From: Spizellomyces punctatus DAOM BR117 | Taxonomy: Eukaryota | Length of the DNA: 55,235 nucleotides | Assembly: GCA_000182565.2 (NCBI GenBank) | Contig: KQ257465.1 | Strand: one strand, 5' to 3' | Part shown: positions 10,508 to 22,980 of the stretch, piece by piece | Layout: every line of letters starts with the position of its first letter | How positions within the stretch are numbered: position 1 is the stretch's first letter | The notes under the pieces: model-generated | Database searches by the model: none | The model's input: the letters and a program-made list of their open reading frames with translations, nothing else | Told to the model about the DNA's origin: nothing | Made by a program: the position numbers and the translations under genes

Positions 10508-12299
10508 ATGGACTTTGGTACCCCAACTCGCACACTACGCAGCCGTCCCCCCGTGGACTACTCCAACTCTGGAGCAGGCTCTCGCCGCTCTTCCGTGGCT
10601 CCTAGCGTCGCTTCTAGCGTTGCCCCCAGTGAAGCTAGCTTTAGCGACGAACCCACCCCGATCTTCAGCTCCTCTTCGAGCGATGTTCCCACCCCCAAGA
10701 CCACTGTCAAGATTAAACCTCGCGACCCGGCCAGTAAGGCGAACGGCAAACCTCTCAAACTGTATCACATGAACAGATACGTTGGTAAGTTTGGAGTAGC
10801 TCTCTCTTAATGGGGTAGCTGCTGACGATGGCTTCTAGGTTTTAAAATTTCTAATTATACATTCCTTTTTGCTGACGAAGATGGCCGCCATCCAATCGAA
10901 GACTACTTCAAAGCTCTCTGGGGTTACATCTCGGCGCCCTTTAGGGCATTGGCTGATAACTGGATGACTATCGGCAGGATGCTGCAGGTGACTCTCCTCC
11001 TTGTAGCATTTGGCGCGTTCTTTTATTTCAGCCGCGATGGGGCACTTGAAAGCCGACGCCCCGGACATCAACACGAGGTATCCGATGCCGATGTGGGAGC
11101 AATACATGCTCAGTTTCAGGAAATGAGAAAGGAGGTTGCACACCATAAGGAAGAGTACCGGTCGCTGCTGAATGTGCGCTTAGCCGAATATGAAGAGAAT
11201 GTTAAACAGTACAACAAACTGTACGTTGATGATGTTATGAAGGAGTTGAAGACTCGGGAACAAAGTGACAAGGTCCATCAAAAGCACCTTGATGATACCG
11301 CTTTGATCAAGCAACAAATCGAAGAGCTTCAAAAGCAAATGATCGACTACAGCACCGCCACGCAACAGTACGACGCACTAGAGCAACAAATCGCAGAGCT
11401 TCAACAGAAAATGATCGACTACAACACCGCCACGCAACAGTACGACGCACTAGAGCAACAAATCGAAGACCTTCAGCTGCAAACGACCCAGGGCAGCACC
11501 GCCACGCAAAAGTGTGAGGCACTGGAGCAACAAATCACCGTATTAACTGCGGGGTTTGCTACTTTAGTCAGTAAGACTGATGACCTCGAAGGAAGAACCA
11601 TCAAACCAGACACAGTCGGCATGGCCGACTATGCCTTAGAGAGTGCTGGTGGCCGAATCATCTTGGGGCTTACATCCCCCACTTATGCGCCTCCAACCAT
11701 AATAGGTTGGATGGATTATTTGTTGGGGACTCCAAAGGCGCGAGGACAGCGCCCAAACACCTCTATTCAACCCGACGTGTTACCTGGCAATTGCTGGCCA
11801 ATGCAAGGTATGGTTTCAGACTGCTCGCATTATTTGTCGAATGCCTTACTGACTATGTCTTTTCCAACTAGGTAACCATGGCCGGCTCGCTATTGCCCTC
11901 TCGACCCCAACCGTCCCCACTCATATCACTATTGAGCATGCGCACAAGGAACTTTGGGGTGGCCACACTGGCCTCGCTTCTGCCCCCAAAGATTTTGAAG
12001 CGTGGGCTGTTTATGATCACGAAGCGTTTGCCAAGATGGACTTGGACTCGGAAGAAGCCCGTAGGGCTTCAGTTAGCTGGGAGACACAACCCCAAGCCCT
12101 TTTGATGGCGTCGGGTACCTTCAAACCTATGGAGAAGAATCTTGAAACCTTTGAGATTAGTCCCGTTGCTTACAGGAACCTTGAAAACATGGCACTCATG
12201 CATGAACAGCAAGTTCACACTGTCGTCTTCCGCTTCAGGAGTAACTGGGGTAATGAGGACTGGACTTGCATCTACAGGGTGCGTGTCCACAGCATTTAA
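10508..12299 (+). CDS. SUN-domain (Sad1/UNC-84) inner nuclear membrane protein, 3 exons (introns 10785-10838 and ~11808-11871)
   Basis: Ser-rich N-terminus, TM segment LLLVAFGAFFYF, coiled coil, then DYALESAGGRI, PGNCWPMQG, SAPKDFE, SNWGNEDWTCIYRVRVH. Confidence 0.92.
11310..11536 (+). repeat. Coding tandem repeat, 72-nt unit x3 plus a partial copy, in the SUN coiled coil
   Basis: AGCAACAAATC recurs at 11310, 11382, 11454 and 11526; peptide unit QQIEELQKQMIDYSTATQQYDALE. Confidence 0.92.
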
Positions 12300-12583
12300 A
12301 TTATGAACTATTTGTGTGTTTTGGCGTGAATTGTGTAAATGAACTTGCAGGATACCCATTATTTGTATAATAAATGTAAATGTTTTAAATGACTTTGGTG
12401 CAGTTTTTTAAATGTATCAAATGATGCTCTTGTCATCCATCTTTGAAATAATACTGGGACAGATGAATATCTTCAAGATCGCATGTCCACATGTTATAAA
12501 AGATGCTTAAAGTCACTACCAAAACAGCAGTTTCTAGATACATGATACAAATGCGCATGTCTACTTGGCCATTGCACAACACT

Positions 12584-13190
12584 CTATGCAAAGAAGGGGG
12601 ATATGGACCGACGTCTGCTTCCAGTATTCCCCTTTGACGAGTTTCGTCCACGCTCATCGACGCATCTCGCGACAATGACTGGAATGGTTGCGTGTTCTAC
12701 GCAGTAGTGGCTGACACTACCAACTAAGAACCTGATGAAATACAAGAGTGTCAGATGGTTGTTTTTCATGATACGGGTAGATGGTGCGTTTATCTACTCA
12801 CCCTTGCACGTGGCTCTTGCCGGCAGAGCCCAAAACCAACATTGCAGGCTTCACCTCCAATTCCTCCACCAACTTGCAAATCAACTCTCCTGCCTTGTTT
12901 GGTGCACCGACGAGCACACGAACACCCATGGTGCAGTTGACATTGTTGCTCTGCCATACACTTCTCAGCAATGTTTTGACACGGGATGTGACAGCCGTGA
13001 CGTCTTCCTTGTCCACAACTACGGCCACCGTAAGCTTATCGCCGTCACGGAGAACGTAGTCAAAGACCCAGTTGAGGGCTGCGACAGAGTGCTCAGACTC
13101 GTCGAGCGCGAACAAGATGTTTTTGGCACCAGGGGCAGGACCGTGGGGTTGTTGGCCGGGGACAGCGAGAGAAGCGGTTGCGTCTGCCAT
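12584..13190 (-). CDS. Universal stress protein (UspA-like), 2 exons
   Basis: NILFALDESEHSVAALNW at the N-terminus; LVLGSAGKSHVQG|FLVGSVSHYCVEHATIPVIV at the C-terminus. Confidence 0.88.
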
Positions 13191-13267
13191 GTCTTTTAAA
13201 GTAACTGTAGTTGAAATGTCTTGCTTTGCGGGGTTGTTTTTGGGGCTTGCTTGTTCGAGTGCTGCTA

Positions 13268-13315
13268 TTTTATACTACTGGAAGGAAATTAAAAAAACGC
13301 CAATTCATGACTCAT
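13268..13315 (-). promoter_or_regulatory. USP promoter: TATAAAA box and a perfect AP-1/Gcn4-type site ATGACTCAT
   Basis: TTTTATA at 13268-13274 (TATAAAA on the minus strand) and ATGACTCAT at 13307-13315, both upstream of the USP ATG at 13190. Confidence 0.5.
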
Positions 13316-14718
13316 TATGATAAGTGTTCCAAAACTTTAATTTCGTCTTTATTTGATAGCATCTGACACAGAAACACTGCCCCAAATCCTACTTTAAGGA
13401 TGCAAAAGAAAAAGGGAAAAAGGGATTGGAAAGCACTAGTCATTCCTATGCAGATTGACAAAGATTAGTTGCTAGAAAAGTAGGCTAGGCACAGATGGTA
13501 GAAAAGAGCGAGAATCCAGGATCAAGCCCGCATAGGACAGTGGCCAAACGACTCTGCGATGGAGACGCTGTCCAGTTTTGGAAAATTGCTTTTTAGACTG
13601 GCAGATGCTGGAGGTAGAGCGCCGTTGAACTGTAGACTCTAGTAGGTGGGTCACAAACTCGTTATGGGCATCTGCGCCACGATTTTAGACAGGCACTGGG
13701 CAGGCGCTGGTTATGTATAGATCAGCGTGCATTTGAGAAAAGATTGCTGGGTTAACAGTTCTCTTGTTAAGCAAGGAGTGCCAAAGGCGGCCGACATACT
13801 TTTGTGAACTCATTGCACATTCTACTGTAGACAATGTTGAGATCGATATAAAGTAGACCATCACGCCAGGCGAAACAGAACTGGCACAAATCTTTGCCCC
13901 ACGTTATTAGTTTGGCATATCATTTGTGATGTTGAGACTCCATTCCAACTCTGCAGTAACGTTTGCACATTTTGTGCCGTCATCATCAACAGCGTACTCC
14001 TTGTGCTGTCGGAAACTATAACAAAGCGTATTGTTGCCGTTCGTATGTGCTAGAGCACCGTGAGTGATGCTCCTCCTGTGAGCGCCTTGTTCTATGACCA
14101 GGACTTGATCTCACAACTGCAACAGAAAGTAGATACACTGATGCGATGCATTGAACAAGCTCTTCAACCAACCAGTGATCGAAATCGCAATTTATCCATG
14201 AGCCTGTAAAAAGACCAGCGAATCGCTACTGTTGTGTTTGAGAGGATCTGGTGACTATGGTCCAGACAAGTTTATACACCTACATGGATCAGGCCAGGAA
14301 AGGAGCCGAGAAACTCACTATTCAAAGATCGTTTACAAACGATTCCTGAAATATGTCGACCGTCGACAGTTCCTATGGACATCCATTGACCGTTTGATGG
14401 TCGTTCTGCAAAGTAGGGTTAGGGTTAGGTTTAATTACAATTGATCTTTGTACCACATAATCGGCTCTGTTGCGGGCGTCCTCGCGGTCTGCGGCATTTA
14501 AAAGAGGATCCCACTTGGATCGCTGGACGAGAACAAGACATTTGTTGCCACCAACTACGACAGTTGTCTGGCAGATCAACAACCGTCTGCCGTTCTACCT
14601 GTTGTGTGATCGGCAGACCAACCTATCTTTCTGTTGACGTGCTCTTGTTCCACTTTAGGATTTTGACCCACACTGTTGTTTTGCGAATACAGCCGCAATT
14701 GCAGGGGTTCAGCCCAAT

Positions 14719-17700
14719 ATGTCGTTTCAAGGCTATGGGCAGGGAAGTCAAGGATTTCCTTCACAGCCGGGAGGCGGGTGGGGACAGCCTTCCCAACAGG
14801 GTTTGGGTGCCGGCATGTTCCCTGGACAACCAATGGGATACCAAGCGCCCAATTTCCAGGCAGCGGCAGGGTCAGGCATTGGAACGGAACTAGCTGCACA
14901 AGGTGGGAATTATTCCGTTTGACTGTGGAAAAATAAGGACTACTCGGGAGAACGTGTTTTTGAGGTGCTAAAGGTTGCCTACCAACAGTATCCCTACCAT
15001 TTATCGAGCATTCTGATCTGGCCAACTATGAGAACCTATTCAAGCAAGCGAATCCGTCCTCGACAGGACATATTGCGGGTGAGCTTTCTTACAACGCTTC
15101 ATATGGTGGCACGGCACTCATTCTCCCGCAATATCTCACAGCTCCCGCGGCCCGCAATATCCTGGTGCAATCCGGCCTTCCTAACGAGATTCTAGCTCGC
15201 ATATGGTAAAGCCAGGTTTTCAACGACCATGGCGATAAGGTGCTGACCGCAATTCGTGCAGGTCTCTATCAGCGGTTTCCACAAGTACATCCCTGAATTT
15301 TGCGGAATTTTGTCTTGCAATGCACTTGGCAAAGCTGGGGAGGAATGGCACGATGCCCCCGCCTCAGCTACCTGATACTGTTCGACAGCAATTGATGGCA
15401 TCTACCGCGAACCTAACACGCGCTGCCCAAGGTGCGGCTTCAGGTGGTGGAGGATTGAGCGCACCTCTTGGGAGCTATACGGGGAGCGCGGGAGTCACTA
15501 CCAACTTGACAGGTGGTCATGGAAGTACGGGATACTTGACGCCCACTTCGACTGGGAACGCCTCTTTTTCCGGTGTCCCAAGGAATTCCACAACTGGAAT
15601 GTCGCGTTCTTCCTCGTTCCAAGGCGTTCCAAGTGGAGTAACGGTGATGGATGGCTTTGCTGGTCCGCTGGTTGCGCAGGCGCCCATCCAGTCCCAGTCG
15701 TCACAGGGACAGAGACAAAAATGGGCTGTCGATCCTGCAGAAAAGGCACAATATGATGCCATATTCAAAGTCTGGGATCCGCAGAATTCTGGATTCATAT
15801 CGGGAGACCGAGCACGAAACATTTTTACACAATCGGGGCTGCCTGACGGCGTTCTTGCGCATATATGGTATGTACAAAGGATACTTCCATGGCCGCGCCA
15901 ACCCAAGCATGCACTGAACCATTCTTTTTTCGGCTAGGACACTTGCTGACATACAAAAGAACGGAAAATTAAACGCCGACGAATTTGCTGTTGCGATGCA
16001 TCTTGTGTACCAAAAGCTAAACGGGCGTGATTTGCCGGCAACACTTCCTCCAGAATTGATTCCACCATCCACTCGCGATCTTGATTCGCTCACCAATCTG
16101 GCTAAAACGCAGATTATGAGCGATATCGTGAATAAGAAAACCAATCCTCTACAGCGAAGCCCTTTCGGATCATCATCAAACTTGTTCGGTATTGCGGATC
16201 CTCTGGGGTCTTTTGGATCCACATCTCCAAATCTCAGCGATCGTCGAAAATTGCAAGAACAAAGAGACCAAGAAGAAGCCAAGAGGAAGACCATTGTAGA
16301 GAAGTTGGAAACCAAGAAGCGAGAGTTGGCAGAACTCAGGCAGAAGACTGCTGATACGAATAAAAGTGCAACGCAAATTCAACTGGACATCGACCGGTTG
16401 CATCGCGACGCTAGAGAAGGGCATAGTGACGTCAAGTACACGACGACCACCAAGGAATCACTATTGGAGCAGTTACAGAGTCGATCGGGCTCGGGTAGCC
16501 GAGGGGGTGCTGAGACAATTGACCAAGCCATGAACATGGAGAAGGAGATCCGTAATTTACTGGATGACTGTAGAGCCTTTCATAACAAATATGCTGATCA
16601 AAAAATTCAAAAGCTTCGTGGTGCGAGCGGAGCGCAAAGTGGTAGTGGGACGTCGGTACCGGGTGGAATCTCGACTCTGCTGCCGAATACCGGATCTTCG
16701 GATCCCGTCCAAAGCAAGGCAGCCGCCCTGTTGGCAGCCAGAATGGCAGCCTTGGGTGTCAGCGGACCTTCACCCTCTCCTCTGTCTTCTTCCCCCTCTG
16801 AAAAGTCCTCTAGCAATTCAGGTGCTGTACAAGCCGAAATTGCCAAGGTAGAAGAAGAGAGAAGGAGGAGACTCAAGGAGCTCGACGATGCAAGCGATCG
16901 GGTACGTTCGATAATGGAACAGGTCCGCTCGTCAGCTCCTAGCAATGCGTCATCACTCAATATACCGCGCATCTGGAATCCACCGGTGGAAGAAAAGTTG
17001 AAATTCGAGCAGGGAGTCGGTTTAAAGAGCAAGACAGTGCGGAAGGTCATTGAAGACCTTGACAGACAGGGTGGCTATGCAACATCAACATCATCATGGG
17101 CATCGAGTAATACGCAACCTTTATCCGCACCGAGAGATTCGGATGCCCCTGCTCGGAAGCCCTCTCTTTCTAGCAGTGCTATTTCGACGTCCTTCCCCAG
17201 CGTACCATCCGTGCCACGTGCAGGCGTTCCAGACCGAAAAACTGACTCGACACCAACTAGCGCTCTCAAGTCTCCAGATCCTTGGACACCTGCTCCACCG
17301 GTCCCAGCGAGAGAACCCCCTGCGCTAAGCTTTCTTTCGAACCTGAGTTCCTCGTCAGCACCATTGAATGGTGGCAATCATTCACCGGTTGCAGGTCCTT
17401 CGCTGCCATCGCCCACCTCGGCAGCAGTCAATGATGTAGTGGCGCAGGCAGAAGCTGCCATCCGTGCTGCCAAAGAGCGACAGGCAAAACGACTAGCTGG
17501 TGCGGGAACACCAACAACTCCTGGTACACCTACAGGAGCAGGAAGTGGGAATCCATTTGGTGCAAGCAGTACTTCTGCTGGAACTATCCCCGCGACAACG
17601 ACTGGCAGTGAATCTACCGCATTCAACGCGTTTTCAAACACGTCATTTGGCGCGCCAAAGCCGGCAGAGGAGGACGATGAAGTGAGCAAGGCTATGCAAC

Positions 17701-20700
17701 GCTTGCGCGAACAGGAACAGCAGCTGCTTGGGGAGAATTTTCGTTTGGGGGCAGGTAACGTCGGTGCGTCCGTTCCTGCCCCTACCGTGAATAACCGTAG
17801 TCAGGAAAACCATCCGTCGACGGTTACACAAGGCGTACTTGCCGCTATGGAGAAAATCCGGCAACGAGAAAAGGAGGTCTTGGCTGAGCAACAGCGGATC
17901 ATGCAAGAAGACCGGGAGCGAAAGGAGAAACTGCCGGCTCCTCGCAAGTCCATTAGTGGCACATCGGCTCAGATGCCGGATCGATCAGTATCATCTGGAT
18001 CCGGGAGTAGTTTTCCTCGTTCTCCATTGGGTATATCAAAGGACGCTTTCCAATCGGCGCCCTCGAAAAAGGAGCAAGGAATTACTCCGCCTTCAAATGC
18101 AGGAAACGATCAAAGCGAGCCTAGGACGCTGAGCCCCCCCCTCGCACCAGCAATAAGTGTCCAAGAGCCCCCAGAACAGGACGGGTCCCTGCCTAAAGTC
18201 GGTGGTCCGCCTCCACCTCCACCACCTCCTCCACCGGGTGAAGTAAAGCCGGTTAAAAAGTATGTTCGGGGCACTGCGTCTCCAACAAGTTCTGGGGAGT
18301 CAACGCCCAAACGAAAGCCCACACTTGCAGACGTAGGTGCTCGTGTACCAGCCTTATTCGCAGCAGGTGCCGCTCCAGTTCAGAGTATTGGTAAAGTGTC
18401 GGATCGGATCAAGAATCTCCAAGGTGGAATGGCACACATCTTTGGTGCACCCGTCGCCATTGGTCAGCAAGAAGATACCCTCGAGCATAGTTCTCACCTG
18501 TCCCCTACCCAAGCAGAAGGGACTAGCAGTGGACTGGAAAGCGACTGGGAGGTGGTTAGCAAGGAAGATACAAAGAATCACGAACAACTGTCAAAGGATC
18601 CTACTTTGAACGTGGGCTTTACCACGAAGGGAGGGTTTCTTGATATCGGTGCGTCGGGAGCTTTAGGTCGCGCTGTGAGTATAGGGGATGTGTTTTCCGA
18701 CAAGTTTGCCTCCAGCCCTCTTCACCCTGATCCAGGTATGCGCTTTTGGATCCGATTGACGCATTTGCACTCTTTAACCTGTACTTTGATGTTGACTTCT
18801 AGTCGTCATCAGCCCCATTACAATTACGCCAGCTGACGCTGGATCCATTTTGTACAAAGCACGAGCAGCCTATGCGTATGAAGGAGGAGCCGATGATCTT
18901 CGATTGGATGTTGGGGACGTGGTTCAGGTGGAACAAGAGCAAGGAGAGTGGCTCTACGGCCGTGTAGATGGGAGAGCCGGGTGGTTCCCAAAGACCTATG
19001 TAGATGTTATTGCTGAGGATAGTGTTGTGGATACAGGTAAATCTAGACGTTAAATGAAAAATGTCCTAAGTGGTGTTAAATTCTGGCACCTTTTTCCACA
19101 GCTCGTGCACCTACTCCTGCGCTCTTGTCCTCGCGTTTCATTTCACGTGGAACAGCTCTGTGGGATTATACGGCGTTACAATCTGATGAAGTGGATCTTG
19201 TTGCTGGTGAAACTGTTGGCATTTTGGAAAAGCCCGAACAAGAATGGTGGAAGGTGGAAAACAGTCGTGGAGAGGCTGGCCTTGTACCGTCCAACTACTT
19301 GCAAGAAGCTCCGGACGAGGATGGGATACAGCTGGACGATACCAGTACAGCGCCAGCAGGCGCTAGCGGTGGAACCGCAAGAAGTTCGGCAACAGAACTT
19401 TTCGGGAAACCAATCGAAAGTCGTGCATCGTCCGTCAATAGTTCATTTTACGAGTCCGCTAGCGATGCTGGTGCTGGACATGCAACCCCTCCTCTTCCTC
19501 CTAAAAATAAGGTCCATGTTATGCCCCGGTCGAGCTCGTTAAACATCCATTCGCTAGCCGCTTACGGTGAGGATGAGGGTAGCGAAGGCCGGCCTTCTAT
19601 TGGGTTGTCCTCTCGAGAAAGCAACTTTGAGGATGAAGGGGACCGTCACGTCCTTAGAAGCGGGATACCAAAGAGTACTAGTTTTGCGGTGCAACCGTCA
19701 CAGGTGGGTACAAAAGAATTAGAAGATGCAGATGATAATGGAAAACCAACACTTTTCAACAACATCGTCTAGGCATCTACAGCATGGGCCACTAAAGTAG
19801 ACCCCTATCGCCTTCAAACCATTGCTCCAGATGAACGCAAACGTCAGGAAGCCATCTATGAACTGATCGCAACTGAACAGACGTATGTCAGAGACTTGGA
19901 ATTGATTTACCAGGTTTGGGATGCTGAGTGGCTATCGAATCCGCCATGAGTTCTTACGTCTTGTCGTGGTCCTGTCAGACGTTCTATGGACCAATGTCTC
20001 AAATTCTACCCCACGGTGACTTGGAAGCTGTCTTTTCCAACATTGAGGATATCAAGATGGTCAACGCCGTGATTCTATCGGATCTCGAAGCGGTGCAACA
20101 GGAACACGACTTTGTGATCGAAGCCATTGGCGACGTATTCTGTAAGCATGTAAGTGGACCATTCTTTTTTTGTCGACATCCTATACCAGGAGGTTGATCC
20201 AATCTGGACTTTAGGCCGACTCTCTGTCAGTGTACCAGACCTATTGTGGAAACTTTGGCAATGCTCTCAAAGTCCTACAAAAGCAGAGATCTGAGAACCC
20301 CCGGGTGGCCGAGTATTTGAAGGTGAGGAGTGGCTGTCAGTAGGCTAGGCTGAGCATTGGATGCAGGGCTATCCTTTGTGCAACACACCGATATGCACTG
20401 CAAGCTGCGTCGTAAAGACACCGGCATCTTGATGGGAAAACTGTTTATTAGACCTTACTGACAAACATCTTCCTCTGTCGTTCCTCTTTTATATCGGATG
20501 CTGCCATTTCTTGCCAAACTACTGTCATACGTCACTTTTCCTCCGTGTTATGCATCCTTTATCACCCTGCCGTCCCCATCTGAATTCACGTACAAAAAGC
20601 GACAACAAACGTCAAATCCACTCTGTCGGTCGCTGGATTTGTCATCCTTCCTGCTCCAACCAATGCAACGAATAACACGATATTCCCTTTTGTTAAAGCA

Positions 20701-21926
20701 AATCTTGCATCATACGTCCAAGACGCATCCAGATCATGAAAGTGTTGTCCGAGCTTTAGCCATGAGTGAGAAGGCCGCCGAGATGGTGAATACGGCTGCG
20801 AGAGAGCGGGAAAGTCGAGAGAAATTGGAGGAGGTTATGAAGATTTTGGATTTAACCTGTGATGAGGTAAAGGCCTAATTGTCTCGGAAAGAAAAATACG
20901 AGAGGGACTCACTAGGTGTCCTCGATAGGAACACCGGCTCGATCTTTCTGCTCCAACACGTGTGTTGGGCCCTCGGATTTTTGTTCATGAGGGACCGTTG
21001 ATGAAAAGCAAAAGCGGGCGGAAGCTGCATGCGTATCTGTTTAACGATGTATTGCTATTAGCGCAGCCAAAAGGGAAGCAGGACCGAAACGCCCGAGGGT
21101 ATCAGTTTGCACTTTACAGAAAGGTATGTTGGGTCGACAGCAAACTTCAAATAAAAAACTTGCGCTGATGCGTCATTTAGCCGATGCCTCTCAACGAAAT
21201 TGCCGTACGAGATTTGCCCAAGTTGGCAGGAAGGGACCACGGGGCTGTCGACGAGACCTGTTTCCAGGTCATTCATGGCCAAGATGCCGTCACCGTGCGA
21301 GCACCATCAGTGGCAGCAAAGAGAAAATGGGTGAACACGCTGGAAGAGCAGAGTCGGCATTACTACATGGCTGAGAAGCAGCAAGCAGAAGGTTCTTGGA
21401 AGGGAGGGAGATTCACCTATGGAACGCCCATTGGGACTTTACAAGTGATGGTCGCCGAAGCGAAAAATTTGGTTCGAGTTGATAGAGGTGAGATGCAAAA
21501 ACTTTGGAGGATGCCTTTTTCTTTTCTTGCGTACCAATGCAATATCTTTTAGGGCACAAGCTTGACCTGTTTTGTCGGGTGCAGTTAAATCGTCAGCAAG
21601 TAAAAACCCGAACGGTTCACTCTGTTGCACCGCGATGGAATCAAGCCTTGGTCTTTTCAGTCCTCAGTTTGGATGAAACCCTGAAAATCTCTGTATATAA
21701 CTACGACCGATATTCACAAGATGGTTGGTGACAAAGTGTTTACAATGTTAAAGTCGTGTTCTCTGCTAATGTGTTTGTTCTCTGTAAAGATTATCTTGGG
21801 CAGGCAGAACTTGCGCTAGATTTCCTTGAATACTATGGAGAGAAAGAGACGGAGCCCATTACACTGGGACTCCGAGACGTTGCCAGTGGATCTGTGGTCA
21901 TTCGGCTAATGTACCGAAAGACATAG
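14719..21926 (+). CDS. Pan1/intersectin-like endocytic scaffold: EH-EH-coiled coil-Pro-rich-SH3-SH3-DH(RhoGEF)-PH-C2, many exons
   Basis: EH motifs ([46 protein letters not shown]); SH3s ([16 protein letters not shown]); DH ([33 protein letters not shown]); PH (YLFNDVLLL); C2 ([18 protein letters not shown]). The junctions checked (18737-18802, 19704-19772, 20323-20599) splice in frame. Confidence 0.87.
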
Positions 21927-22343
21927 GATAGTTTTATAACCAAGTTTTGTATTTTTTGGGGAGAACGGAAATGAGCAACCGCAATGAGTTTTCAAAGCAT
22001 GCAGCGAGAGTCGAACCCAGCTGATGTCATGTCATTTCTATGTGGCACAGTCATGAAGTCGATAAGTAGATTTGAAATCCGACAGTCTGGTAACGGGGTG
22101 CGCCGCTGGGGGCGAAACTGCGGTGGGGGGGAAACTGCAATCGACAACGACAAACGGGTGATATTTAAAGCAACTTGCCTGCCATCCATCCGTTCATCGC
22201 AAATCATCCATCCATCCATCCATCGCTGTTTTTTTAGCGTCGTCCAGACTTACTCCATCCACTGAAGAACAACACCAAAACACATCTCCACACTTTTCCC
22301 TTGCGCTTTCACACATTCTTCTTTGCGAACGGAAGCCGGTTTT

Positions 22344-22980
22344 ATGTCTGAGACCATCCAGAATCTTGCATCTTACGATCCTTTCGCCGATACAGGGGAG
22401 GAGAGTGACCTGAAAGTACAGGGATATATTCGTAAGTATTGAAATTTTTGAAAGTGGGGCAAGAAGATTTTGTGGATGATGGAGACATTTGGGCCGAATA
22501 CTGAGAAGTTTGCGGGCAGTTGGAAGTATTTGTTGGGGCAAGGAGAGAAAGTACCGAAAAGGACGTACGATGGCCACTTTTGGAGATGAAGATCAGGTGG
22601 AATGGGACTTTGGGCTACGTGATGGATCCGTGCTCTTTTTGGGGTTTGGCAAGCGTGGCGAGCTGGCATAGTGTTACATAGAAGATATAAATGCTTTCAG
22701 ATGGCACATACTGATAGCGTAATGTTATGTAGATATCCGTGTCCAACAACGAAACGGACGCAAAACTCTTACCACAGTGCAAGGCCTTCCTGCCGATCTC
22801 GACCAAAAGCGCATCTTGAAGGCCTTCAAGAAGGAATTCGCATGCAACGGCACTGTTGTACAGGATGAAGACCTAGGCGAGGTTATCCAACTTCAAGGCG
22901 ACCACCGTGTCAAGATTCAGCAATTTTTGGCATCTGAAGGACTTGCCAGTAAGGACAAGATCAAGATTCACGGGTTCTAA
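22344..22980 (+). CDS. SUI1: Translation initiation factor eIF1, exons 22344-22431 and 22733-22980
   Basis: MSETIQNLASYDPFAD...YIHIRVQQRNGRKTLTTVQG...KKEFACNG...IQLQGDHR...IKIHGF. Confidence 0.96.

Noticed and set aside
11310-11536. Regularly spaced repeats resembling a CRISPR array
   Set aside because: Whole 72-nt units repeat with no unique spacers, in frame within a eukaryotic coding exon; no cas genes.
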